The notes: generated by a model not told the origin, from the sequence alone. Positions 1 to 12,637 are shown, counted from the whole stretch's first letter. The stretch is DNA of 63,764 nucleotides, filler included, from Octopus bimaculoides (GCF_001194135.2; 6 parts of 6 records of this genome joined end to end with filler, not necessarily neighbours in it), one strand, 5' to 3'. Numbers and translations: made by a program.

Positions 1-2
1 AG

Positions 3-282
3 ATAACTCGAATGTGGAATCTAAAAACAGAAACAATTCCTATCATAGTAGGTGCCTTAGGTATAATAAAAAAATATTCAGACAAATACATAACAAAAAC
101 ACCAGGACTTACAAATATATATAACATACAGAAAATTGCACTACTGGGTACTGCACACATTCTACGCAAAACACTTTCAATACAGTAAACATAAGAGCAC
201 CACAGCAAACCACAGCACATACCCAAGGCGCACAGAGCTGCGCTCGGTAGTGAAGTGAAAGTACGTTATAAAAATAAAACTA

Positions 283-317
<35 letters not shown>

Positions 318-325
318 TGATAATA
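3..325 (+). mobile_element. 3' end of an R4/Dong-clade (restriction-like endonuclease) non-LTR retrotransposon with (TAA)n tail
   Basis: Frame 3..188 reads ITRMWNLKTETIPIIVGALGIIKKYSDKYITKTPGLTNIYNIQKIALLGTAHILRKTLSIQ*. The IPIIVGALG...QKIALLGTAHILR pattern is typical of R4/Dong C-termini. About 100 nt of 3'UTR follows, then (AAT)n. A near-identical inverted copy lies at 39534-39821. Confidence 0.8.
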
Positions 326-334
326 AAGTCTTTT

Positions 335-480
335 TTACTATAGGCACGAGGCTTAAAATTACCCTGGGGTTGGGGTTAGTCGATTATATGGAGTCCGAGT
401 TTTGCACTGGTACCTATAGTGATGAAAGTCAAAGTCGAATTTTAAACTCGGAATATTAAAATGAAGGAAATGCTGTAATA
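335..480 (-). mobile_element. Degenerate SINE family B fragment
   Basis: Contains gtcgatta...ctggtacc...gaaagtcaaagtcgaatttt-aaactcggaa, the reverse complement of the core seen at 5940-6150 and 39030-39228. Confidence 0.5.
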
Positions 481-1899
481 CGAATGGCTGTATTACAGAA
501 ACGATAAAATGTTGAGCTAAATATTTATAAGCGTTTCATGTAATTGTTGCACATTTAGGCCGAGACATTTCTATGAGCAGAGGTTGTAGAGTGTCAAATG
601 AATTATTGTTAAAATATTTATACACATCTCTCACCGGATGGAATTTAAATTAGATGCATGTCAAATTTGCTTTTAATGTTACCCTTTACAGACATACCAT
701 TTTTCTTCGATTTATTTCCTAGCATAGGAATATCGTTATGCCGCTACTCAGGAATTGATCCTTCCAGTTTCATATACATTTTCCAATGAAATTACGTAGT
801 AACACTGTCACTTCCGATGAAGTATTCACATGGAAGCATATTGGAGATACGGCAAGCATTAGAACTGCTCTCATTAAACTAACAACACATACAATATTGC
901 CGTTCTGACTTTATTTAATACAAAGTCAAAATACATTTATAACCGTAATGATTGAATGTCCATTACGACTGTGACTCTGTTGTGTGAATAATCCCTTTTC
1001 CTTAATCGTCTAACAAAATCTATATTATTTCTGAGGTTGCGCTAAATTTTCTCGATTGCTTTTTATATTATTTCCCAGGCTGCGTTAAATTTTTTCGATT
1101 ACTTTTTTTCTTCATTGTCTTAGGATCCATTAGCATCTGTCTTTGTACATGTCCTTTGAACCCTGCATGTGTGTTTTCTACCCAGTATGTTTATGAATTG
1201 TGAATAATTGAAAATGGTAAATATATAGTTCTTGTTGCCCTCATTATTTCCAAAACTTACTTTTCGTTGCAGTTTTTGCAATCTGCAATTTGATTTACCG
1301 TTTTCTTTTAAATAAATAGTTATTATAAATTCAGAGTATCTATTATAGTGTTTTACTGCTGTTTTGCGTTATTGGCTCGTTGATATAATTAATAGCATTG
1401 GTAAAGATTTTGACGTAATTAATAAGGTCTCCTCTATTTGTTGAGAGTTAATGATTTATCAGTGATTTTCCTTATTTTGTTCATATTGAAATAGTCCTGA
1501 TCATGTTTACATATAACGCATTGTAAAAAAGCCTATGGCTTTGTGTCAATATTAAGTATCTTCAGTCTTTTGGTCTACCTGATATTAATAGTATTGAGTC
1601 TACACCGAAAGCTGGTTCTTGTAATCATTTCTACAAATAACGTCAATTAATTCCACCTACGCCATCTTTTGAAAACCACAGTCACATTATTCATTATCGC
1701 AACCTGCAGTTTTTATGAAATCGAGCCACTACACAGGAAATGAAAGCAATTATTTCCTTCCGGGCTTTCCTTTAACTGAATTTAGACTTCTAGTTCAAGC
1801 TTCATACCATTGTTGTTTTCTGATTGATTACGTTGAAGAAATTCAAATTAAATCATGTCAACCATCACAATGATATAACTGAATATATTTGCAATAACC

Positions 1900-3900
1900 T
1901 TTGTTACAATAAGAATTGATACTGCACATAATGCATTTCGGCACTGATATATATTTGTGTAATACATAGTGGAGTAGGTATTGACGTAGCTCCAGGTGTT
2001 TCGAATATTGTATTCTGTTTCCTAAACATTGACACTTGCCTTTGTTGTTGTTATTGCAGGAGATAGCTTCTAAATTAATAAGAATTGCTTCAAGGAACAC
2101 ATTCAGATTTTATTATAGATTTATGTATGAAAACATTGTGGTCAAAGAGGAAAATTTACTGACAAATACAGGACGATGCTTTCTACAGCATGATATATTA
2201 ATATTCATTATGTTCTTTGTGATAAATAAGACACTACAAATTGATATTGCAAATCAATTCAGGCTACTAAACAGTAATATACATTAATTGCTCAATGTCT
2301 CAAATAAATGCACTGTTCATAGAATTTGTTAAAATTTACCTACGATACACTGATACATTGTGGTGTTCAAATGTTTTACTAAATACAGATTCGTATTTTA
2401 TCTGAAAATTCTCAGCAAATATAAAGAACAATGAAGCAATACTCAGAAATACAATGTAAAATAATTCGAACCAAGAAAACTTTGAGAAATGAGCGTAGGC
2501 ATAACTGAGCATATTAAAATTTCGTTTTGCATTTAAGTAGATTCTGATTCAGTCATAAAAACATCAGTGCAACCTAAGCATTGCGAACTAAATTTGAGGG
2601 GAAGAAACTGTGTAAAAAGATGTCGGAAAGATCTACTTATGCGATAGCATTAATCCCTCAAAAGGTTCAAGACTCTCCCCTGCCAATTCTGTCTCGTTAA
2701 CCGAGAATTTGGAACAAGCATCTGCACTGAGGTCAAGTTTCTTCTCTCGTCCGTCAATCCCTGAGGAGAGTCAATAACTATTCTTTCTTCTTTCACGAAA
2801 TAATTAGAAAAGAAAAAAAAAACTAAATAATTTTGATTATATACTGCAATAGAGATTATGTGCTCTGCATATTACGAATTCTATGAGCGCATATAATGAT
2901 CACAGGAATACATGACAAGCATGTAATGCATATTACATAAGCCCATATCTTATTGGGGACACTAACTTTTCATTTGTTGTTTTCACTCCAGTTCAGATCT
3001 AATCAACTCTTTTCATGGTCAAAGATATTGCAGTATTGATAACTTTAGCATTCTTATAAATATAACTATATTATCCAATGTGAACATATATTTTTAAGCT
3101 GATAGCATAGGGTTTGAAGGAGAGTTCCTTGTTATTCTATCAGATTCAATAACCGTGTCAACTTTCCTTTGTTTGTTCCACCAGGAACTGGAACTCCTTA
3201 GATCAATTCAATTGGACAGCCGATTCAATTACCTTCATCTTTAATATAATTTCGACTGAGAGAATACGAAGTATCCGTTGTCAATAAGACATAATAGTGT
3301 TCGGGCGTAACTCAATAGTGTTCATCTGTAACACCGCACAGTTGAAAGATCGTGGAATAAAAGAAAACTTGAAGGCAATTGTGTTTAGAGGTACACGACG
3401 AGGACGTGCTCTAATCAAACTTAAAGTTTGATAGAAAATGTACGTTCTGAGAATAGAAATTGAATGCAACAGTGGGATAAGGTTTCTATTATAGGCAAAT
3501 GACCACAATGGAGAATCGAAGTTTGGTATATTGTACTAGTTTCGAAACTAATCAGTGGAGAGGTTCCAAAATCAACCCTACATTGTCGATATTTGTAAAA
3601 GCACATTGAAACAGTCCTTGAATGTAAAAATGCTTCTGCTTTAGAATCATTATATTGCGAAAATGAGTGTTAGAATGATTCCTTATACAAAGGAATTCAA
3701 TCAAATCTGGAATATATATTTGCAGATGAGTCACAGTAACAGCTTCATGTAAACGACTATTATATTTACTGTAACATGGAGAACTGCAAAATCTAATACG
3801 AAAGAAATTTTCATTAAAAGCTTACATACCTAACTGAATGTGTTCAAAAGCTTGTACATATGCAATAATATATAGAACTACACGTGCATTAGTGATTATT
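1900..3900 (+). mobile_element. Highly degenerate Tx1/L1-like LINE ORF2 (RT to C-terminal region)
   Basis: Frameshifted remnants: RFMYENIVVK...TGRCFLQHDIL (RQG-domain-like, about 2100-2200), cga tac act gat ac att gtg gtg ttc (YTD[D]IVVF, YADD-like, about 2343), LRGRNCV...LPC (about 2595-2690), CRY..K.IETVLEC (CCHC-like, about 3583-3625), QIWNIY (about 3700). Many stops. Confidence 0.4.
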
Positions 3901-4194
3901 TATTACTAGTAATCCGCGTGGAAGAAAACAGAATTGTTACCGCATCAAATAGAATCTTATGTTATTTACTCTCCGGCACTAGCCTCTCTGAGCTCCGATT
4001 CGCTAAGGTCAATGTCAATTCTGTAGTCCTTAAGAGTTCGATATGATACCAGTTTCATACAAAATTGAAGAAATCTTTATCTCTGCCTCTGTCTGTCCGT
4101 CCACATGTGAATATTTATCACCATCTCTCTGTCTCTCCCTCCTACCTCTCTTTCTCTCTCTCCAACTCTCTTTCTATTTTTTTCTCGAAAGAAG

Positions 4195-4390
4195 TGGGTT
4201 TTTTTGCTGTAGTTTCAGCTCAGAGCTGCGGCCATGCTGATGTACCGCCGTTTAAATACGGGCTTCTTACAGTTTCCGTCTACCAAGGCCCGAGTCTTCA
4301 GTTGAAGACACTTGCCCAAGGTGCCACGCAGTGGGACTGAACGCGGAACCATGTGTTTCGTAAGCAAGCTACTTACCACACAACCTCTCC
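4195..4390 (-). mobile_element. SINE family A, 5' part
   Basis: gacacttgcccaaggtgccacgcagtgggactgaacgcggaaccatg...gcaagctacttaccacac is the reverse complement of the head of the full copy at 45437-45845. Confidence 0.8.
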
Positions 4391-5099
4391 TGCACCTGAT
4401 TAAAATCCTCTCACATCAATCGAAATATAAAGTATAAATCGTGGCTCGGGAAAAAGAAACCGATAACATATGAACCAGACTTAAAAAATATGTCCTGAAT
4501 GAGATGAAGGGATTGTTCAGTTAACTACTTTAAGGCATTTCCCCAGCATGGTCGCAACCCAATGACTGCAACAAGTAAAACAAGAAATATCTATCTTTCA
4601 GTCAGTCTGTATATATATTTATCTACTTTTGTATTCTTATTTTTGTTTTTCTCTTTCAATTAAGTCTGCTCCGAACGTCATCATTGGAATCTGTTTCATT
4701 TTCTTTCTCTTCCATTCTCTTTTCTATTCCTTCTCCCTCTAGGTAGGTCAGAGACCTACCGTTATCAGGCTGCTTTACATTATTTGGGATTTGAAATGAA
4801 CTTACGTGCATATGTACCCGTTATTTTCGAAAAGAAGCATTCTGTTCGTTGAAGAACGCAGAGCTAAATCGTGAAGACGGACTGCGAATAAATAATTTTG
4901 CTAGGAAATACGTATTTGTGTGTGCGTAAATAATTTTTGTATGTGAAGTAACCTTTAGTCGTTAGATTTCGAAGCGAATATCTTAAGTAAATGTTTTTAA
5001 CTATATATATACCTGCTTGTCTATGCGCGTGAGTGATTGTATAAATGTAGATAAATACACATATCTGTGCCTCTGTGTGCATATAAATGTGTATGTCTG

Positions 5100-5200
5100 T
5101 ATACGTGAAAATAAAATGATGATGATGATGATGACGATGATGACGGTGATGATGATGACGATGATGAAGATGATGATGATGATTGATAAGGATGATGCTA
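5100..5200. repeat. (GAT)n imperfect microsatellite
   Basis: Directly visible. It produces the poly-M/poly-H spurious ORFs. Confidence 0.95.
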
Positions 5201-5376
5201 TTGCCGGACACATTGATATTCATACTGAAAATAACCATAATATACACGTATTAGATATAATAATTCAGCGCAACGAAACGAAATGGTTTAAAGAAAAATA
5301 GATTTCTCACTCGAAATAGTTCATATAAATTAAATAAATGCAACAGTTTCATAAATACTTTCAAGCTGACACACAC

Positions 5377-5408
<32 letters not shown>

Positions 5409-5939
5409 NNNNNNNNNNNNNNNNNNNNNNNNNNNNNNNNNNNNNNNNNNNNNNNNNNNNNNNNNNNNNNNNNNNNNNNNNNNNNNNNNNNNNNNNNNNN
5501 NNNNNNNNNNNNNNNNNNNNNNNNNNNNNNNNNNNNNNNNNNNNNNNNNNNNNNNNNNNNNNNNNNNNNNNNNNNNNNNNNNNNNNNNNNNNNNNNNNNN
5601 NNNNNNNNNNNNNNNNNNNNNNNNNNNNNNNNNNNNNNNNNNNNNNNNNNNNNNNNNNATATATATAATATATGTATATATATATATATATATGTACATA
5701 TATATACATACCTGCATAATGCATATATACACATACATGCATGAATGCATGCATACACACACACACACACACACACATACACAGACACACACATACACAT
5801 ACACACACACACACACAAACATTCATAAGCATCACACACACATGCAGACAGGCATTTACACAATATATATTTTTAAGTGTTTTTCTTCACCATGCTGACG
5901 CGATATGTTTTATGTTTGTGCAATATGCTTCATGTCCAT

Positions 5940-6150
5940 GACGGTGCGATCTAGTAGAATCGTCAGCACTGCGAATCAAAGGCTTAGCTACATATCGTCC
6001 GTCTTTACGTCCTGGATTCAAATTCAATTGAAGTCAACCTTTTGTCTTTCATATCGGTGTCGATAAAAATAAGTATCATTTGTTTACTAAGGTCGATGTA
6101 ATCGACTTTCCGCCTCCTCCGAAATTGTGTGCTTGTGCCAAAAATTTGAA
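5940..6150 (+). mobile_element. SINE family B
   Basis: gaatcgtcagcac...gtctttacgtcctggattcaaattc (B-box-like)...gtcgataaaaataagta...gtcgatgtaatcgact...gtgccaaaaatttgaa. Matches 39030-39228. Confidence 0.75.
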
Positions 6151-6151
6151 G

Positions 6152-8490
6152 CCAGCCTTCTTCACGAGCAGGATAGTATTGCTCAGACCTCTAAAAGGCT
6201 GAAGCTCTCCGCCAAATTGAAGATGCTTCCTGCTATCGCCAACTGCCCTTTAACTCCACGCCTAGCTTCCAACAAACTGTGCCCTTCACTATTCATGATT
6301 TCATCACCTCCTCCCGCTCCCTCCCACCGCCTCCAGCCTAATCGTTCGCACTCTTCCTACCTCAAAATTTACTTTCCTCCCCAAATCTGCAAATCAAACA
6401 ATCCTGGCCGCCCCATCGTCTCCGCCTGTAACCACCACACGGAGCTGATCTCAAAATATTTCGACTGTGTCCTTGCAGCTCTAGTGGCTTCCATTCCCTC
6501 ATACATCCACGGTACTAAGCATGCTCTTCGTCTTTTCAACTTTTTCTCCTTCCCTCTTGGCCCCTCTAAACATCTCTTCACAACGAAGGATTTCTTGCAT
6601 TCAGACACCTCCTAGACTTTCCACCCAACCCCAACCTGACACGTCCATAATTCTTTGTCCAGCCGAACTTGCTCTTTCCCTTAAGTGGGTCTCATTCGTG
6701 AGGAATTTTTACCAACATGGAGTGGCCATGGGAGCAAGAATGGGCAACAACTATACGAAAGTTTTCGTTGGCTAAGTTGAGGCCCAAATATTTTCAAGAT
6801 TCACTGGTCCCACTCTCGAACTATACACGGTGGTTATATTGATGACTATATCGATGCGACCTCGCTCTCCCGCGAACAACTAGACTCCTTCCTCTCTTTG
6901 TGCAATCCTTCCATTCTGCCCTCGAATTCTCCTGCACTATTTCCAAAGCTTCCGTCGCCTTTCTCGACATTTTGGTCAACATACACAACTCCACTCTCAC
7001 TACCTCCATCCACTACAAACAAACCGACTCACACTCATAACTCAATTCTCCTCCTTCCACCCTAAACACACCCAGGCCTCCATCCCCTACTCCAAATTCC
7101 TCTGTCTGCGCAGGCTCTGCAGTGAAAGCCTTGACATTCAGTCTCAGTCTCAACTGAAAGCTCGCCACTTTATCCTTCGTTGACATCCCCTCACCACTAT
7201 CCACATCACCCTTGCTAGTGCNNNNNNNNNNNNNNNNNNNNNNNNNNNNNNNNNNNNNNNNNNNNNNNNNNNNNNNNNNNNNNNNNNNNNNNNNNNNNNN
7301 NNNNNNNNNNNNNNNNNNNNNNNNNNNNNNNNNNNNNNNNNNNNNNNNNNAAATCTTCCCCAACCTACGCCTTCCCTCCTTCAAACGAGCCCACAACTTA
7401 CGTGACCTCCTGGTCCACAGTTTCTTCACTAACCCCCACCTCCCAACCTGGCTCGTTCCCCTGCTCCTGCCCACGCTGTCACACTTGCCCCTACCTCTCC
7501 AACACCACCACCCTCACAGTCACCCGTCATCGTCCCTAGCATATCAATGACTCCTTTACCTGCACTTCTAGCAACGTCATTTACTGAATCTCCAGCTCTT
7601 TCTGTCCTACCCTGTACATCAGTCAAACGGGACAACGCTTGGCTGACCGATTCGCGGAGCACTTCCAAGATATTAAACTCGGCAATGATATCCCGGTGTC
7701 GCGTCATTTCCGCTCTACCGGTCAGCTATTACAACACCTGTCAGTGTTCGGACTGTCTTTGCACAGGGGGCCACACAGACTCCCGCCTTCGCCGTGAATA
7801 GGATTTAATCTTCTCTTTTCGCTACTTGCGGCACATGGGCTTAACTTTCTTCCCATCTTCACCTGAATCCCCTCCCCTCCTCTCTTAATCTGACATCTAC
7901 TTCTCTTCAATCCTACCCACCTCTCCTTTCCACATTCGTCCTGAAACCTACTTCCTCTTTTCACTCCTAACCACCTTCTCATTTCACCGATACCCTCCTC
8001 CATCCACACCGCATCCCACAAATTCCACTCCCAACCCTACCCAAAATCCTCACATCCAACTCCACACCCTACTCTCACATCCCCACAACATCATCCACAC
8101 ACCCACAAATCACAGACGCTCACACTTACACACGCACTCATCCACACGTCAATGTCACCAGCCTATATCCACATGGACACAGTTACACACGCGTACTTAC
8201 ACACACGCACGCACGCACGCACACTTTCGTTTTCGGATCACCATTACTTTATTATTTCCCTTCCTTCCTAGCTCTCCTGTCTAATAACTTTGTCCAGCCA
8301 GTCGCCACGATTGAACGCTAACTCTTGAATTTTTTTTTTCACTCTGTTTATTGCCTCGTGCTCCTTTCTGTTGAAGAGCATAGGCTCGAAAGGCGAAAGA
8401 CTTTCTCACCTTCCTGAGCGTCAAACTAATACACCTGCTTGTTCTTTATACACCTGCGTTCGTATTTTGTTTGTCTGTAAATTTCAACTA
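6152..8490 (+). mobile_element. Penelope-like element (RT + C-terminal GIY-YIG endonuclease), frameshifted, with 3' pLTR-like region
   Basis: Motifs in order: SNNPGRPIVSACNHHTELISKY, QHGVAMGARMG, YIDD (about 6836-6847), FLDI, HY..TDSH, SIPYSKFLCLRRLCS, FKRAHNLRDLLVHS, linker PCSCPRCHTCPY, TCTSSNVIY*I...LYISQT.QRLADRFAEH, HGLN* (about 7866). A hammerhead-like relic lies at 8364-8399. Confidence 0.9.
8364..8399 (+). ncRNA. Degenerate minimal hammerhead ribozyme relic in the PLE terminal region
   Basis: CTTT-CTGTTGA-A-GAGC(ATAG)GCTC-GAAA-GGCG-AAAG. Stems I and II pair, but the core has A6>T and the stem III/cleavage triplet (expected CGTH) is mutated to GGCG. Confidence 0.5.
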
Positions 8491-8575
8491 TGCATATAAG
8501 TATGTGTATGGTGTTTGTATGTATGGCGTGTGTGTGTATGTGTGTGTATGTATGTATTATGTATGTACGTATATT

Positions 8576-8613
<38 letters not shown>

Positions 8614-9794
8614 NNNNNNNNNNNNNNNNNNNNNNNNNNNNNNNNNNNNNNNNNNNNNNNNNNNNNNNNNNNNNNNNNNNNNNNNNNNNNNNNNNNNNNN
8701 NNNNNNNNNNNNNNNNNNNNNNNNNNNNNNNNNNNNNNNNNNNNNNNNNNNNNNNNNNNNNNNNNNNNNNNNNNNNNNNNNNNNNNNNNNNNNNNNNNNN
8801 NNNNATAGAAAATTTAATAATTAAAATCACAATAAATAAGTATAACATAAAACAAAGTAAATATCATAAGATAAAGATAATAAAATGACTACACGTGTTT
8901 CATTACTAATTTTCAAATAGAAAGGAAATTTAAATCGATCAAAATCAATTAAAATTATCGAAAATAAATTCTATTCAAAAATACATCTAATCGTCAGGTT
9001 GTGAATAGAATAATAAATAATAAATAAATATATATATCAACCGACAATAAGTACCAAATGAATTTATATAAAATACTTATTTTATAAAGATAAAAAAAAT
9101 TATTAAAAATATCAAGATATCAAAATAATAAACATTCCATAATCATCCCTTCATCCATTCTAATATATGCTAACATGTTTATTATGTACAAAAATTATTA
9201 TCGTTTTAAATACAATTTGAACGAAGTTTAAGGTTAAAATAATAATAAAGATAAAATTAGTACATATTTAACCGGTGTAATAGTTAAAGCTATACTATTT
9301 AAAACTAAAAATGTTTTTTTTAATTATCATTAAAAATCAATAGAATAATAGAAAAATACAAGAATACTTATTTCTACAAACGTAGCAATAAAAATCAAAA
9401 TATGAATGAAAAAATTATGAATGAAAAAAATTAAGAATAAAAGATTAAACTTTATATATAGTAAGTTTTAATAAAAGACCTTTAACGATATTATAAACAA
9501 TAAAGACTAATTATTAATCAAATATTATTAATCAAAAATAATCGAAAATATATCAACACTATTCAAATCGAAGTTCTTATATTATGTTAAAATGAAACTC
9601 TAACTTCTAAATAATTTAGTGTTAAATAAGTTATCTATTAAAAATAATCTTTAAAAAAACCAAATGAATAATATAAAAAACAAGAATACATATTATTTTC
9701 AAATAATAGAAAATCATTTAGCAAAGTAAAAACAGCACTTATCCATATTTTTCCGTAATTCAAACTCAATTCAAAAGTTTGAATTACGGAAAAA

Positions 9795-10358
9795 AGCTCA
9801 ACCACAACAGACAAGGGAACTTCATGGGGAAAAGGCTCCTCTCTCTATGTGGTGGGATTGCAAAGAGTAATTCACTTTGAATTGTTACCACCTAATGCAA
9901 CAATCAAGGTTCAAGTCTACTGTCAGCAATTAGAGTGTTTGATCCAAGCTTTGAAGAAAAAAAGACCCGCTGTAATGAATCGAAAAAGAGTGATGTTTCA
10001 TCAGGACAATGTGCGAATCCCACTACAAAGATCACATCACAGAAGATCGAAGAGCTTGGTTCAGAAAACATTCCTCATCCACCTTATTCTCTTGACCTTG
10101 CTCCTTCAGACTACAATTTGTTTCGTAGTTTTACAGAATCATTTGGGGGACATAACTTTTGCAAGCCAGGAGGTGGTCGAAACTAACATTTCAGAGTTCT
10201 TTGCTTTGAAACCAAAAGAGTTTTATATTGATGAGATTAAAAATCTTGTAAATAGACGAAAGGAAGTCATAGATAATCAGGGAAATTATATTGAGGATTA
10301 AATTTTAAATAATTTTCTTTATTCAAAATGCGGACAGAACTTATGGGATGACCTGATA
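9795..10358 (+). mobile_element. Mariner (DD34D) transposon, 3' half with right TIR; pseudogene
   Basis: WWDCKRVIHFELLPPNATI...YCQQL...FHQDN, then a frameshift to HPPYSLDLAPSDYNLFRS, back to LQNHL...GNYIED*. Terminal aaaatgcggacagaacttatgggatgacctga followed by TA. Confidence 0.9.
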
Positions 10359-10879
10359 TATACAAACCAAAATTTTTTCTTGAAATCTGATGACATTGGA
10401 GGACTTATCTAGTATTCCACATAAGTTACGTCAGTGAGTATTTGTTGAGGGGGCAACAGTGGCAGGAAAATTCGAAGATAGGGGAAGCAAAGCACGAGGA
10501 AGAAGAGTGTCTGTGTATAGCAGAGTAGAGAGACAGTGAAGAAAATCTGCAGATGTAAATAAAATGAAAGGAAACGAGGAAGAGAAATAGAAAGAGACAG
10601 TGAAACGGTGAAAGCTACAGAGAATGACTGAGTGTGAAAGTACTTATTAACTCCAGTTCTAAGTATAATCTGTCACTGTATATCAACAATATACCTATAA
10701 ACATCAGAAAAATATTTTATATCTACAGAGAAACAGGACTGTATTTTCCATGTAGGCCATTTAAGTTATCGATCATTTTTATAGGACATTTTTATCAATT
10801 GCCATCCTGAAATTATTCCACCGTCTAGGATCGGATATTATTTCAAGTAACAGCAAATTGGTCAATTGTGGGATATATT

Positions 10880-11250
10880 CTTTTATTTGTTTCAGGCATA
10901 TGATTGCGGCCACGCTGGAGCACCGCATGTATTCGAATATATCGGTCCCAAGACTTATTGTTTGTGAGCCTAGTACTTATTCTATCGGTGTCTTTTTTCG
11001 AACCGTGAAGTTACGGGGACGCAAACACACAAACCCCGGTTGTCAATTGATGGCGGGTTGGGAAAACTGAGTACACAAACATAAATATATATATGAGACG
11101 GGATTCTTTCAGTTTCCGTTTATCGAATCCAATCGAATGATTTGGTCGGCCCGAAGCAATAGTAAAAGACACTTGCCCATGGTTCCACGCACGATGACTG
11201 AACGTGGAACCATGTTGGTAAGCAAGCTACTTACCACAAAGCCACTCCTG
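10880..11250 (-). mobile_element. SINE family A, near full length, diverged
   Basis: gcggccacgctggagcaccgc...cctagtacttattctatcgg...gacacttgccc...agcaagctacttaccaca is the reverse complement of 45437-45845. Confidence 0.8.
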
Positions 11251-11260
11251 AGCACCCCCC

Positions 11261-11989
11261 ATATATATATATGTATATATATATAAATATATAACTTATA
11301 CACACAGAGACGCGCACACATGCATATGTTTGTGTGCGTGTGTGTTGTGTGTGTTCGTGTGGTTTCTGCACGAACGCTCAGCTCTGAGTGCAACGCGTAT
11401 TAGAGAAGAACGAGCTACTTAGCAAGCTAAAGAAGTTATTACGCAGCTTCTTCTGTATTGNNNNNNNNNNNNNNNNNNNNNNNNNNNNNNNNNNNNNNNN
11501 NNNNNNNNNNNNNNNNNNNNNNNNNNNNNNNNNNNNNNNNNNNNNNNNNNNNNNNNNNNNNNNNNNNNNNNNNNNNNNNNNNNNNNNNNNNNNNNNNNNN
11601 NNNNNNNNNNNNNNNNNNNNNNNNNNNNNNNNNNNNNNNNNNNNNNNNNNNNNNNNNNNNNNNNNNNNNNNNNNNNATACATAAGGTTGTGGAGGGTATT
11701 GGATTTAACCAAACCCTGGAGGATACAGGTGATACCGAGTAAGTGCTGTATACCGATTAGTTTGCCCCAGTCGTTGCATGAACAGGATTGGGGATTATAA
11801 GTCGTATGTTAGCGTGTATATGTAAATATATAAAAATAAAAAGATAAAGAGAGCAATGGTAAGGTTGGAGAAGTATTTTATGGATTGAGTCTTATATATA
11901 TATACATGGATAGATTCTTATATGTTTTTATATATTTACACACACGCACACAAACATATGCATGTGCGCGCGTCTCTGTGTGTATAAGT

Positions 11990-12025
<36 letters not shown>

Positions 12026-12200
12026 AATATATAACTTATACACACAGAGACGCGCACACATGCATATGTTTGTGTGCGTGTGTGTTGTGTGTGTTCGTGT
12101 GGTTTCTGCACGAACGCTCAGCTCTGAGTGCAACGCGTATTAGAGAAGAACGAGCTACTTAGCAAGCTAAAGAAGTTATTACGCAGCTTCTTCTGTATTG
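11261..12200. repeat. Identical 200-bp direct repeat (11261-11460 = 12001-12200) across a gap, plus an inverted repeat at 11938-12085
   Basis: Base-for-base identity at offset 740. The first copy ends exactly at an N gap. Confidence 0.9.
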
Positions 12201-12637
12201 TCAATTACTAGTTGATATGCAGCAAAAGCTACTACTCAGAAAGAAAATTAGTAAAATAGGTACACAGGTAGAGGAGAGAAGGAAAGATAGTTGCGTATTC
12301 ACATATACATACAGAGGGTTTATAAATATAAACACAGGTACACAAATGTCCTCCTTCAATATACTTCTAACCTGTTGGATTTGGCCCAGATAGGACGTTA
12401 CATTTATATATATATGATTGTATATGTTATACATACTTAAATACATACACGCACACATTAGCATATCTATTCAACGGGCACGTACTTACTTAAATCTGTA
12501 CACTTGTGCGTACGTCATAAAGGAATTATGATTCGTTTATGTGATTCGCTTGAAGCCCTACTATTGAAGTAGATAACGAAGTTTTAGATCTGAAAATGTG
12601 TACGTCGAAAATCATTGATAATTTTCTTTTTACTTAC

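Noticed and set aside
4840-4880. gttgaagaacgcagagctaaatcgtgaagac as a third hammerhead relic
   Set aside because: Stem II and the GAAA core are not reconstructable; similarity is too weak.
8805-9750. Mitochondrial insertion (LEWMKGWLW near 9150 resembles the ND3 C-terminus)
   Set aside because: Spacing is off by one residue, no other ND3 motif is in frame, and all frames have many TAA stops.
10740-10770. KWP motif as the start of receptor exon 2
   Set aside because: No following Cys, D3.32 or DRY motif.
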